A stretch of 63,203 nucleotides of DNA, filler included, from Octopus bimaculoides (GCF_001194135.2; 7 parts of 6 records of this genome joined end to end with filler, not necessarily neighbours in it); one strand, 5' to 3'. Numbered from the whole stretch's first letter, positions 49,848 to 63,183 are shown. Notes: generated by a model not told the origin, from the letters alone. Program-made: numbers and translations.

Positions 49848-51470
49848 TTGATGAATCATTAACGTACTGGAAATGAACAAATACGAAGAAAGTAACCCCA
49901 CTATTAAGTGGTCTCCAACATTCTTCTTTGAAACCCTGAATATGACTGCTCGACCAGCTAGAGATAACAGATTAATGTTTCTCAAAGCACGTCCTTCCGT
50001 ATTAAAAAGTGAATGTGAAATATGTATGTAGCAATGATTGACTTTTATCATAGACCTACTGTCAGAGACTATAAATAACAATAACAACAAAAGTGTTGAC
50101 TAAAGGTAAAATGAACACATTCCTACACATATCTGGCTTGTCCGGCTCGACAGAAACCTATAATGATTGCGATAGGTTTGCCACAGTAAAGAGTGGGTTT
50201 TTTTTCTTGATGTTCAAATTGCAAATCGTTTCCATAGTTAAATTCTCCATTAAAATAGCAGTAAAAAATTAATCTGTTCAAATAATGTCTTCTATTCATA
50301 ATTTCGGAGAAATCAGTCTCCAAAATCTTTATGGCGGGTATTTTATGACGTATCAAAAGTTACTGTCGCATTAATGAACTATTCTTACGGTAGAAATCGA
50401 GCTGCTTGCGTCAAATTATGGTGTACAATTAGTGTGTGTAATCTATATATATGATGTAGTGGCTGAGAATGATCCGAGATAAAGAGCATCGAAATTTTGA
50501 CGCTGATGGCAATAAAGTATTAGTAATATACGATTTGGTGTCGGATAAAAAGCAAAAAGTGAAGACTAAAGATATGTAGCTGATGGACGCATCCCTGTCC
50601 ATGGACGCCGATTTTTTGCTGTGCCACTACATAACGTTGCTGTACTCACTTGACGCTGATGGTGTATGTGTCAGTTTTAATATTCATTTTTACCAGCTGA
50701 GTGAGCTGGAGCCATGTTCCTTAGGTCACAACACGTCTCACAGACCGGAAATCGAACCCATGACTTTATGATCGGCAGTCTAGTTGCCTAACCACAGATG
50801 CTCAAATTTAGACACATCACCCGCATTTTCTATCATTTCAATTTTTCTTTGCTATCTTGAAAATGTTTTTTTTTTTTTTTTTTTCAGATTTACAGGATCC
50901 CTTTTCAAATTTTTTGGATCTGAAATATATCTATTTCTAAATAAATATTGAGATAGGTATCGTCGATTACCTTCATTCCGGCATGCTATTAAAACTTCTT
51001 TTATCGACTTCATGAGGATTACAGGAAAACCACTTTCAACGTGAAAGGACTTGAGTAAATGCAGCAATATTCTGTACCTGCTTGACAAAAGTGTAAGTAA
51101 GAGAGATATCAAAGAAAAAAACCCAGAGGATACCGAAATGAAAATGCCTATATACATATATACATATATACATATATGGGATCTATTTTAAAACAGGGGC
51201 CACATTTTTCATTAATGTTTTACGTAGTGTTTTTGGTACGGAAAGACTTTCAAACTTCGTATACTTATCTAATTTGTGTTATAGAACAGAAAAATATTTT
51301 TGTATTCGAATTTATTTCATGTAAAAAATTGTCTTATTTCGATAATTTCAACCAATCACTGACAAGTATTCAGTTGTTGACATTTACTCCTTTGGCTGAT
51401 TAAGCGGTGTAAAGCGTATTTAATCTCCATACCTTCGCTTTATTTGCTTTTTTTCATTTAAAATTTGCTT

Positions 51471-51524
51471 TAACCCTAACCCTAACCCTAACCCTAGGGT
51501 TAGGGTTAGGGTTAGGGTTAGGGT
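51471..51524. repeat. Interstitial telomeric repeats in palindromic arrangement
   Basis: (TAACCC)4 followed by (TAGGGT)5; perfect 50-bp palindrome 51471-51520 centred on CCCTAGGG. Confidence 0.95.
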
Positions 51525-51958
51525 TAATTGTTTCNNNNNNNNNNNNNNNNNNNNNNNNNNNNNNNNNNNNNNNNNNNNNNNNNNNNNNNNNNNNNNNNNN
51601 NNNNNNNNNNNNNNNNNNNNNNNNNNNNNNNNNNCGTGCAATGAGTAACGAAAATAGTTTAATAATGGGGCATATGAGCCCCCGACAGAAAAAAAAGTAG
51701 GCTTATATGCTCCATTATTAGACTATTTTCCTTAGTCATTGCACGGTGATCGCCATAAGCTTTAAGCTTATATAAATACCATTATTATCATTTACAAGAT
51801 TGTAAAACTCGGCCCCATATAACAAAATCATTCGCACCGAATACACACACACACACACATGTATATGTATGTACGTTTGAATGTTTGTATATATATATAT
51901 ATACACATATATTCATATATATTTATATACATACACATACATATGTATACATGCATAT

Positions 51959-52003
<45 letters not shown>

Positions 52004-52010
<7 letters not shown>

Positions 52011-52212
52011 ACTCTTTTACTTGTTTCACTCATTCGACTGCGGCCATGCTGGAGCACCGCCTTTAGTCGAGAAAATTGACCCCAGGACTTATTCTATGTA
52101 AGCCTAGTACTTATTCCATCGGTCTCTTTTGCCGAACCACTAAGTTACGGGGCCGTAAACACACCACCATCGGTTGTCAAGCCATGTTGGGGGGACAAAC
52201 ACTGACACACAA

Positions 52213-52257
<45 letters not shown>

Positions 52258-52428
52258 CATATATACGACAGGCTTCTTTCAGTTTCCGTCTACCAAATCC
52301 ACTCACAAGGCTTTGGTCAGCCCGAGCCTATAGTAGAAGACACTTGCCCAAGGTGCCATGCAGTGGGAATGAACCCGGAACCATGTGGTTGGTAAGCAAG
52401 CTACTTACCACACAGCCACTCCTGCGCC
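52004..52428 (-). mobile_element. Full-length SINE family A
   Basis: Close match to the family A consensus including head. Confidence 0.92.
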
Positions 52429-52767
52429 TAATAAATATATATATTAAAGCAGTAAAGAAATTTTCAGTTTGAGTCAGTAAGAAGTATCAAAACATTCAGT
52501 AAGCTTTTGGCTACCAACTAAACTATATTTTCGTTCACATATTTGCATTACAAAAATTTAACATTGGCATTTTTCTTTAAGTCACCTATCGACATTTTAT
52601 ATCACCGGCAAAAAAACTCTGGTAGAATAAGTACTAGGCTTGCAAAGAACAAATTCTGTGGGGATGTGATCGAGCAAAGGCCGTGCTCCAGCATGGCCGC
52701 AGTCACATGACTGACACAAGTACAATAATAATAATAATAATAATAATAATAACCATTCTATTGTAAT

Positions 52768-52795
52768 CCCGAGCAAGGCCGGATATCTCTGCTAG
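52768..52795 (+). mobile_element. Helitron 3' terminus
   Basis: CCCGAGCAAGGCCGGA hairpin, 8-nt spacer, CTAG followed by T. Confidence 0.6.
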
Positions 52796-52799
52796 TATA

Positions 52800-53730
52800 T
52801 ATATATATAATAGTAATCTTGAAAGGCTGTTTTTGCATCTTCAGATTTGAAGTTTTTTCCTTGCAAAAAGTTGTCTAATGCCTGGAAAATGTGATAGTCA
52901 GTTGGTGCAAGGTCTAGTGAATATAGTGGATGACAGAGTATTTCCAACTTCAGCTTCTGTAATTTGAGTAGCGTTCTTTGTGTAACATGTGGTCGAGCAT
53001 TGTCTTGCAAGAGAATTGGCCTGTCTCTATTAACCAATCTCGGTTATTTGATTGCAAGTTCACTCATCATTTCATCCAATTGGTTGACGTATACAGCCGC
53101 TGTAATTGACTTACCAGGTCGCATGAAGCTGTAGTGGATGACACCAGCGCCAGACCACCAATCATTAGCTTATTTTGATGAATATTATTTTTTGGCCAAC
53201 CACCGTGCAGAACGCTTGCTATTGTTGAAAAGAATCCATTTCTCATGACACGTAACAATATGATGGGAAAATGGTTCGCTTTTATGCCGTGACAGCAAGT
53301 TTCGAGACGACGTGTCATTTGGTGCTCGTTCAGTTCATGTGGTGCCCACTTGTCCAGCTTCTTTACCTTGCTGATTTGTTTCAGATAGTCCAATACAGTT
53401 GGAAACGAAACATCAAAACCTTGCTGCTAACTCACGCGTAGTTTGAGATGTATCCGCTTCCACTAGAGTTTCCAACTCATCATTATCCACTTTGGTCTCA
53501 GACCTACCAAGAGGCTGATTTTCAAGATTAAAGCCACCAGACCGGAACTTCTCAAACTATCGACGTACAGTACGCTCATTCGCTAAATCTTCACAAGCAG
53601 ACACCATAAATTGCATTTCGAAAAATGATGATGTAACTTCAATGTTGTTAAACAAAGAATTGTCAATATAAAACATTAGAGTCAGCGACTTTCAAACTTG
53701 GTGCATAAAGAAATCGGACATTTTATTCTT
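52800..53730 (-). mobile_element. mariner transposase pseudogene (WVPHEL type)
   Basis: LKQISKVKKLDKWAPHELNEHQ...; ILLQDNARPHVTQRTLLKLQKLKLEILCHPLYSLDLAPTDYHIFQALDNFLQGK. Confidence 0.92.
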
Positions 53731-53910
53731 AATGACCTGATATATATGTGTGTGTGTGTGTGTGTGCACGTGTGTGTGTGTGTACATATACATGTGTGTG
53801 TACATATACATGTGTGTGTGTGTACGCATTGTGTCACAATTTGTCAGTATTAAAAGAGCGAGACGAACAACAGAAAGAACGAATGCTATATCTGTATACA
53901 TTTTCATTAC

Positions 53911-53958
<48 letters not shown>

Positions 53959-53969
53959 CTCTCTATATA

Positions 53970-54003
<34 letters not shown>

Positions 54004-54479
54004 NNNNNNNNNNNNNNNNNNNNNNNNNNNNNNNNNNNNNNNNNNNNNNNNNNNNNNNNNNNNNNNNNNNNNNNNNNNNNNNNNNNNNNNNNNNNNNNNN
54101 NNNNNNNNNNNNNNNNNNNNNNNNNNNNNNNNNNNNNNNNNNNNNNNNNNNNNNNNNNNNNNNNNNNNNNNNNNNNNNNNNNNNNNNNNNNNNNNNNNNN
54201 NNNNNNNNNNNNNNNNNNNNNNNNNNNNNNNNNNNNNNNNNNNNNNNNNNNNNNNNNNNNNNNNNNNNNNNNNNNNNNNNNNNNNNNNNNNNNNNNNNNN
54301 NNNNNNNNNNNNNNNNNNNNNNNNNNNNNNNNNNNNNNNNNNNNNNNNNNNNNNNNNNNNNNNNNNNNNNNNNNNNNNNNNNNNNNNNNNNNNNNNNNNN
54401 NNNNNNNNNNNNNNNNNNNNNNNNNNNNNNNNNNNNNNNNNNNNNNNNNNNNNNNNNNNNNNNNNNNNNNNNNNNNNNN

Positions 54480-54526
<47 letters not shown>

Positions 54527-54527
54527 G

Positions 54528-54558
<31 letters not shown>

Positions 54559-54676
54559 GTATATATATATGTGGATATATGTGTGTGTGTGTTTGTATGC
54601 ATGCGGGAGTGTGCGCATGTGTGTGTGTGTGCGCACATAAGTATATATAAGTGTTTATATATGTATGTCAGTGTGC

Positions 54677-54719
<43 letters not shown>

Positions 54720-54743
54720 AATATGTATATATGCACACATATA

Positions 54744-54900
54744 ATGGCTGTGTGGCAAGAAGCTTGCTTCCCAACTACATGGCTCAGAGTTCAGTCCTAC
54801 TGCGTGACACCTTGGGCAAGTGTCATCTACTATAGCTTCGGGCCGACCAAAGCCTTGTGAGGGGATTTGGTAGACAGAAGCTGAAAGAAGTCCGTCGTAT
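54744..54900 (+). mobile_element. SINE family A 5' half
   Basis: ATGGCTGTGTGGCAAGAAGCTTGCTTCCC...CTTGGGCAAGTGTC...TTGGTAGACAG. Confidence 0.85.
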
Positions 54901-55244
54901 ACATATAGTTCTAATTTTGTTAAACTGTCGTATGTCCAAATTTGACCAAATGCGTCTTTTTCAACATTTATTTTTGCTTGCAATAGGCGGTTCTTTTGGT
55001 CAGACTACCATATCTCCAGCTGCTTCAGATACCAAGATATGAAACTTGTCAAAGTGTAGTACAATGGTTTTATGGAATGGTGAAACTATTCTTCTCGTTC
55101 TCTGAAAAAACAACGTTTTGAACTTACGAGACTTTTGCATAATGNNNNNNNNNNNNNNNNNNNNNNNNNNNNNNNNNNNNNNNNNNNNTTAATTAATTAA
55201 NNNNNNNNNNNNNNNNNNNNNNNNNNNNNNNNNNNNNNNNNNNN

Positions 55245-55323
<79 letters not shown>

Positions 55324-55619
55324 TTCGTTCGGAGTTGATATATAAGGAGTTTATCTGCAGTGTCCATTCAACCATACAATAAGGAATGAATCGTTTGAAT
55401 GAACACACAAAAGCGATAAACACGGGTGAATCTCTCAACGGTACCCTGGACGAGCAAATATTATTGCTACCCTTAATATAAAAATAAAGTTTTTTCAGTT
55501 CGAATCCAAGCAGGGACTATGTACATGGTTTTGAATATAGCATTTTGCGCCAATATGAAATCTCTTCGATGGGAACATAATATAGATGAATAATCTTTAT
55601 GTCAATATATGAAGTTAAT

Positions 55620-56050
55620 AGTCAAGGAGCTGGCAGAATCACTACCGCATTGGGCTAAGTGCTTAGTGACATTTCGTCTATCCTTACGTTCTGAGTTCAA
55701 ATTCCGCCGAAATCCACTTTGACTTTCATCCTTTCAAGGTTCAATAAAATAAAGTACCAGTAGAACACTGGGATCGATGTAATCACCTTCCGCCTTCTGC
55801 CGAAATCACAGGCCTTGAATCAAAACTTGAAACCTATATATGAACTTAATACGGCAGTTGGCTGACAGAACGTTGTGGCATTTCGTCTGCCTTTACGTTC
55901 TGAGTTCAAATTCCGCCGAGACCCAATTTGCTTTTCATCCGTTCAGTGGATCAATAAAATAAGTACCATTTGAACACTGAGGTCGATATAATTGATTTAT
56001 CCCTTCTCTCAAAATTGTTGGACTTGTGCCAAAAATTTAATCCAATATGT
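55620..56050 (+). mobile_element. Two tandem decayed family B SINEs
   Basis: TTACGTTCTGAGTTCAAATTCCGCCGA occurs twice (~55686 and ~55893), each followed by the AATAAAAT(A)AAGTACCA block. Confidence 0.8.
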
Positions 56051-56479
56051 AAAGTTAATAGTCCCAAATAAATCTGTAGGTCTTGTAGTTTTAGGGGAAT
56101 TATTAATATATATCAGCAGTAATATAAATGAAGTGTCCTCCAGTGTATTAACGCTTGGTCAGTATGGTCGGTAGCATGACAACTTTTACTGCGTCCACGA
56201 CTCGTAGTAAAGCGAAAGGGGGAAAGGCATCTTCAAATCGAGATCTGTTCTGGGAGGTTCCGGCAGAGTTGGCTCCGTTATAGACAAGAACGGGTCATGG
56301 GGTAGTACTTTATAATAGGTTATGTAACTTGCATGCAATGGGCTGAAATACATACCACATTTATTCTGCCAGTTCATTCCTCGGGCGTGGCACTTTATTT
56401 TTCGACCCTGAAAGGATTAAAAACAAAGTGGATGTCAATGGGATCCAATCTCACTATGCAAGGCACCGTGGTAGTAGTG

Positions 56480-56549
<70 letters not shown>

Positions 56550-56736
56550 ACGCAGCAGCAGCAGCAACATTGGCAACTGCACTTGTAACAACAGCGACAA
56601 CACTATTATTATCATTTTGCTTTCATCCTTTCGGGGTCAATAAATTAAGTACCAGTGGAACATTGGTGTCGATGTAATCGACTAGTCCCCTCCCCACAAA
56701 TTTCAGGCTTTGCGCCTTTAGTAGATACGATTATTA

Positions 56737-56804
<68 letters not shown>

Positions 56805-56818
56805 TATTTATTTATTTT

Positions 56819-56867
<49 letters not shown>

Positions 56868-56951
56868 NNNNNNNNNNNNNNNNNNNNNNNNNNNNNNNNN
56901 NNNNNNNNNNNNNNNNNNNNNNNNNNNNNNNNNNNNNNNNNNNNNNNNNNN

Positions 56952-57003
<52 letters not shown>

Positions 57004-57573
57004 ATACCAAAAAAAAAAGATGATACAAAACAGCAGTAAAATAGCAAGTAAATTAGTTGCAGCAACAACAACTGCAAAAACAATAACAGCAACAGTAGCA
57101 TCATCATCATCATCATCTGTAGTTGCAGTAGCAGAACTAAAAAGAAAATGCAAGCAAAAAAAAATAGAAACAAGGAAAGAAAGAAAGAAAAATGGATGGA
57201 AGGAAGGAAGGAAGGAAGAACACGACCAAGTAACAAGGAGCTAGACTTTTGCTGTTTTGTAAGTTAAAAAGAAAGGTCAGCGAGAAAGTGTAGTTCTCAC
57301 AGATGGATAGAACTATCGGACATTGCAGGAAATTATATTTGAGAGACTTTGTTTCAAAGCCTCAACCACTGTCTAGCGCCATGTTTTATTATTTGTGCTT
57401 GGTCGAGCAGAATATTAATGGATGATTGCAAACATGTGCTCAAGTTAATCAGACCGGCCATTTTCTTTTTTTTNNNNNNNNNNNNNNNNNNNNNNNNNNN
57501 NNNNNNNNNNNNNNNNNTTAATTAATTAANNNNNNNNNNNNNNNNNNNNNNNNNNNNNNNNNNNNNNNNNNNN

Positions 57574-59739
57574 TACGAACGGCCGAACGTACTTTCATAT
57601 GAACGAACGAACGAACGTACGTACGAAGGCACGAAAGAACGAACTTACGAACATACGTACATACGTATGTACGAATGAACTAACGAACGTACGTACGAAT
57701 GATCGAACGAACGTATGAAAGTACGAATGAATGAACGAACGAACGACTGAACGTACGTACGTACGTACGAACGAACGAATTAACGATTCAACGAAGGAAG
57801 ATACGTACGTACGTACGAACGAACGAATTAACGATTCAACGAACGAAGATACGTACGTACGTACGAACGAACGAACTAACTAACTAAAGAATGAACGAAC
57901 GAAAGATCTAACGAAGGAACGGACGAACGTATGTACGTACGAACAACCGAACGAACGTACGTACGTACGTACATATGAACGAACGAACTAAAGAACGAAT
58001 GAAAGATCGAACGAAGAACGAACGTACGTAAATACTCATGAACGATCGAACGAACGTACGAAATAACGAACGAACGTACGTACGTAGGCACGAAAGAACA
58101 AGCGAACAAACGTAGGTACGGATGTACGTTCATAAGTAAGTACGTACGAAAGAGCGAACGAATGAACGATCGTACGTAAGAACGAACGTACGTACGAGCG
58201 AACCAAAACGAACGATCGAAGGAAAAAAAGAAAGAACGAATGAAGGAAAGAACGTATGTACGTACGAAGGAAAGAAAGAACGAAAGAACGAACNNNNNNN
58301 NNNNNNNNNNNNNNNNNNNNNNNNNNNNNNNNNNNNNNNNNNNNNNNNNNNNNNNNNNNNNNNNNNNNNNNNNNNNNNNNNNNNNNNNNNNNNNNNNNNN
58401 NNNNNNNNNNNNNNNNNNNNNNNNNNNNNNNNNNNNNNNNNNNNNNNNNNNNNNNNNNNNNNNNNNNNNNNNNNNNNNNNNNNNNNNNNNNNNNNNNNNN
58501 NNNNNNNNNNNNNNNNNNNNNNNNNNNNNNNNNNNNNNNNNNNNNNNNNNNNNNNNNNNNNNNNNNNNNNNNNNNNNNNNNNNNNNNNNNNNNNNNNNNN
58601 NNNNNNNNNNNNNNNNNNNNNNNNNNNNNNNNNNNNNNNNNNNNNNNNNNNNNNNNNNNNNNNNNNNNNNNNNNNNNNNNNNNNNNNNNNNNNNNNNNNN
58701 NNNNNNNNNNNNNNNNNNNNNNNNNNNNNNNNNNNNNNNNNNCGAACCAATGAACGAACGATCGAAGAAACGAAAGAAAGAACAAATGAAGGAACGAACG
58801 AAAGTAAGTATGTACGTAGGTACGAATGAAAGAACGAACGAACGAGGAAACGATCGTACGTACGTACGAAAGAATAAACGTATGCATGTACGTACGTACG
58901 GACGAACGAATAAACGAACGAAAGAACGTACGTACGTACGAATGAAAGAACAAACGTACGAACGAACGAAATGAAGGAACGTGCGAACGAATGAACGTAC
59001 TTATGTTGAAAGTACGAAAGATCGAACGAACGTACGAACGAAGATACGTACGTACGTACGTACGTACGAACGAACTAACTAACTAAAGAATGAAAGAACG
59101 AAAGATCTAACGAAGGAACGGACGAACGTATGTACGTACGAATGACCGAACGAACGTACGTACGTACAAATGAACGAACGAACCTACGTAGGAATGAACG
59201 AACGAACTAAAGAACGAATGAAAGATCGAACGAAGAACAAACGTACGTAGGTACGAACGAACGTACGTACGTAAATACTCATGAACGATCGAACGTACGT
59301 ACGAAATAACGAACGAACGTACGTACGTAGGCACGAAAGAACAAGCGAACAAACCCAGGTACGGATGTACGTTCGTAAGTAAGTACGTACGAACGAACGA
59401 TCGTACGTAAGAACGAACGAACGAACGTACGTACTTACGAGCGAACCAATGAACGAACGATCGAAAGAAAAAAAGAAAGAACAAATGAAGGAACGAACGT
59501 ATGTACGTACGAAGGAAAGAAAGACCGAACGAAAGAACGAACGAACGAACGAAGATACGTACGTACTAACTAAAGAATGAACCAACGAAAGATCTAACGA
59601 ACGAACGGACGAACGTATGTACTTACGAACGACCGAGCGAACCAACGAACGAACGTTCGTACGTACGTACGAATGAACGAATGAAAGATCGAACGAACAA
59701 CGAACGTACGTAGGTACGAAAAATTCGAACGAACGAACG
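57574..59739. repeat. Complex GAAC/GTAC tetranucleotide-mosaic satellite with ~490-bp higher-order unit
   Basis: Anchor CTAAAGAATGAA...AGATCTAACGA recurs at 57904, 59103 and 59590; long blocks are shared between 57870-58293 and 59070-59540. Confidence 0.9.
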
Positions 59740-59891
59740 NNNNNNNNNNNNNNNNNNNNNNNNNNNNNNNNNNNNNNNNNNNNTTAATTAATTAANNNNN
59801 NNNNNNNNNNNNNNNNNNNNNNNNNNNNNNNNNNNNNNNGAAGAAGAAGAAGAAGAAGAAGAAGAAGAAGAAGAAGAAGAAGAAGAAGAAG

Positions 59892-59929
<38 letters not shown>

Positions 59930-60719
59930 CGACGACGACAACGACGATGAAGAAGAAGAACAACAAAGACGACGAGGGAGAAGAAGAAAAAGAAGAAGAA
60001 GAAGAAGAAGAAGAAGAAGAAGAAGAAGAAGAAGAAGAAGAAGAAGAAGAAGAAAAGCAACAACAACAACAACGACGACGACGACGACGAGGAGGAAGGA
60101 CAACGACGACGAGGAAGAAGAAGAGGAGGAGGAAAGTTTGATTATTTTCAATGTTTAATCATGCTAAACTTCGTAGATCTTCGTCAAATTTGATTGGGTT
60201 TGGTGATCAATCAGATTATCTGAGAGTTGCTGGAAAATGGGATTCCATTAGGTCGACATTCTGGGAGAGAAGGAGAAGAGAAGCAGGAGAAACAGAAAAG
60301 GGAGGGGGAGGAGAAGGAATGATTACGTTTAGGGTTTTGTGCACGACCTGGATGGTGTGCACTGTAAGGGGAGACAGGTTTCGGGTTAAGCGCTCTATTT
60401 GAAGGCTAAGTATATCCTAAGAATGTCGTCCTACAATGGTTATTTTATCACAGTTTTCTGGTTGTATTAGGCCCCTAACTCCCTATATTTTGTGCAGTGT
60501 TGTATAAACATTGCCATGATTTTTCTTGTTTTTAAGGCGGCGAGCTGGCAGAATCGTTAGTACACCGGAAAAACGCTCAGTGGTATTTCTTCTAGCTCTT
60601 TATGATCTGATTTCTAATGTCTTCCAGGTTGACTGTACGTTTCGTCTTTCGAGATGAAAATTAGAAAATTTATTTATTTGTTTTTGGACCCTGTCAGGTC
60701 TTGCTAATTCTAATTTATT

Positions 60720-61090
60720 TAGCGTCCAGTTTAGAACCTGGCAAGAGTTACTTATTGCTGGAACAGCCAGAGTATAGATGCATCTTTCAATATTTTGAGC
60801 ATTTGGCTCCGTTTCAAATTTTTATTTAATGCATTTTATACAATCCATTCCAAGATTTTTCTCTCATTTCTGTGTTTCTGCATTTGAAATATTAGACTAA
60901 TACGTTCATAATATCCCTTCCAAGCTGTCTTTCATCTGGGTGTTTCTGTTTTTGTTTTTTTTTTTAGCATTTATTTCAAATATTAACATAATACGTCTAT
61001 GATATTCGTTCCTAAACCTTTCTTCCATCTGTGCATCACACGATTTCATTAATTCAGGAACGTTTATACATATGAACTAATTCACTTATC
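60720..61090 (-). mobile_element. Possible R4/Dong-type RT C-terminal relic, heavily decayed
   Basis: RNEYHRRIMLIF and ERCIYTLAVPAISNSCQVLNW resemble R4-clade KEYYRRxRxIL...INTYAVPVxxYSFGxINW. Confidence 0.4.
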
Positions 61091-61504
61091 TCGATTTTCT
61101 TATCTTACAAAATATAAGTATCTTAAATCGATAGTCTTCTTTTCGAAGCTGTCAAAATGAATTTTTTTATGAATGTCTCTTGCAAATTGATAGATTAGCC
61201 GTGATTTCTGTGTATATTTACATATTTCAGAGTATGATTGCAATGTCATTTTCTGAGACCTTTCCTGGGGTATGTATAAACCATGATTTTTTTTCTGTTG
61301 TCATTCCATAGAGGTTTGGATAATTCCATGGGGTTTGGATAATTCACCTTTGGAAACATGGGTGCTTCGTTCAACATCCTTAAACAACCCTTATTCAGGG
61401 ACCTTTTGAACAGGGAGGGCTATTCAACATTCTAACTGGACCCCACCTGCAAGGTCATGTGCTGTTTATCTTGATATGAGATCACCATGTCGTGCACATA
61501 TGGA

Positions 61505-61662
61505 CTGAGACTTTAGGGGAGGGAGATAGTCGATTATATCGATCCCAATGTTTCACAGGTATATATTTCATCGACCACGAAAGAATAAAAGGCAAAAATC
61601 GACCTCGGCGGAATCTGAACTCAGAACATAGCAACGGGCGAAATACCGCTAGGCCTTTCGAT
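61505..61662 (-). mobile_element. SINE family B, decayed
   Basis: CGACCTCGGCGGAATCTGAACTCAGAAC...GAAATACCGCTAGGC matches the reverse complement of the family B body. Confidence 0.8.
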
Positions 61663-61671
61663 TCAGTCAGC

Positions 61672-61720
<49 letters not shown>

Positions 61721-62559
61721 GTAACAAATACACAAAAACACGAATTAAGGGAATCTGTACACATTGATATCACTGAAGCCAGAAATACTATCGTGCGGAA
61801 GCTCGTTGACAATCAGTCAATGTTGATGAAAGACTGAAACTGAAAATAGACAGAAAATAACACAACACTTGTCCTTCTCATTCCTCTTCTACATGTTTTT
61901 TCTTCTTAATGCAGTTCTCTCTCCCCTTCTTCTTTCCTTTCTTTTCTTGTTGTTGTTATTGTTGTTGTTGTTGTTGTTGTTCTTCTTCTTCTTCTTCTTC
62001 TTCTTCTTCTTCTTTTCCTCCTCCTCCTCCTCCTCCTCCTTCTTCTTTCTCCATTTTATTCTTCTTCTTCTTCTTCTTCTTCTTCTTCTTCTTTTCCTTT
62101 CTCCATTTTATTCTTCTCCTCCTNNNNNNNNNNNNNNNNNNNNNNNNNNNNNNNNNNNNNNNNNNNNNNNNNNNNNNNNNNNNNNNNNNNNNNNNNNNNN
62201 NNNNNNNNNNNNNNNNNNNNNNNNNNNNNNNNNNNNNNNNNNNNNNNNNNNNNNNNNNNNNNNNNNNNNNNNNNNNNNNNNNNNNNNNNNNNNNNNNNNN
62301 NNNNNNNNNNNNNNNNNNNNNNNNNNNNNNNNNNNNNNNNNNNNNNNNNNNNNNNNNNNNNNNNNNNNNNNNNNNNNNNNNNNNNNNNNNNNNNNNNNNN
62401 NNNNNNNNNNNNNNNNNNNNNNNNNNNNNNNNNNNNNNNNNNNNNNNNNNNNNNNNNNNNNNNNNNNNNNNNNNNNNNNNNNNNNNNNNNNNNNNNNNNN
62501 NNNNNNNNNNNNNNNNNNNNNNNNNNNNNNNNNNNNNNNNNNNNNNNNNNNNNNNNNNG

Positions 62560-62602
62560 TGTCACTGAAACTCCAAACATCATAACAATAACAACAACAA
62601 GG

Positions 62603-62635
<33 letters not shown>

Positions 62636-63131
62636 ACAACAACAACAAGTACCTCTCCCCCACCTACCTCCCTCCTCACCCCCATCCTGCCTCAATACCC
62701 CTCCCCCACCAATTATTATCACGTCATCACCTGACACAACAAGATTTGGCACAGATTTCTTGTTGACTACGAAATGGATTTCATTTCCCACTCGCGTCTT
62801 ATGTTTGTTGTTGTTGTTGCTGCTGCTGCTTTGTTTGTTGTTGTTGCTGTTCCTGTTGTTCCCATTGCTGCTGCTGCTGCTGCTGATGATGATGATTATG
62901 ATTTTTATGTTGTTTGTTCTTCATTCTGTTGATTTCGATAGCCTTTGTTTGCTTCTTCTTCTTCTTCTTCTTCTTCTTCTTCTTCTCCTTCTTCTTCTTC
63001 TTCTTCTTCTTCTTCTTCTTCTTCTTCTTCTTCTTCTTCTTCTTCTTCTTCTCCTTCTTCTTCTTCTTCTTCTTCTTCTTCTTCTTCTTCTTCTCCTTCT
63101 CCTTCTTCTTCTTCTTTTTCTTCTTCTTCTT

Positions 63132-63182
<51 letters not shown>

Positions 63183-63183
63183 T
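62560..63183. repeat. Compound trinucleotide microsatellites (CAA, TTG, CTT, CTA)
   Basis: Directly visible. Confidence 0.95.

Noticed and set aside
50888-51092. Internal coding exon between a strong acceptor (T-tract CAG, 50887) and donor GTAAGT (51093)
   Set aside because: All three plus-strand frames contain stops; it could only be non-coding or UTR, and there is no independent support.
51471-51524. Ancestral telomere-telomere fusion site
   Set aside because: Polarity is (CCCTAA)n then (TTAGGG)n, opposite to a fusion; the array is tiny and lacks subtelomeric context.
57574-59739. CRISPR-like array or Arg/Thr-rich protein
   Set aside because: No constant repeat with unique spacers, no cas genes, eukaryotic context; the ORFs are by-products of tetramer periodicity.
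60368-60410. Hammerhead-like GAAAC-CT-GTC on minus
   Set aside because: No recognisable CUGANGA core or stem II partner.
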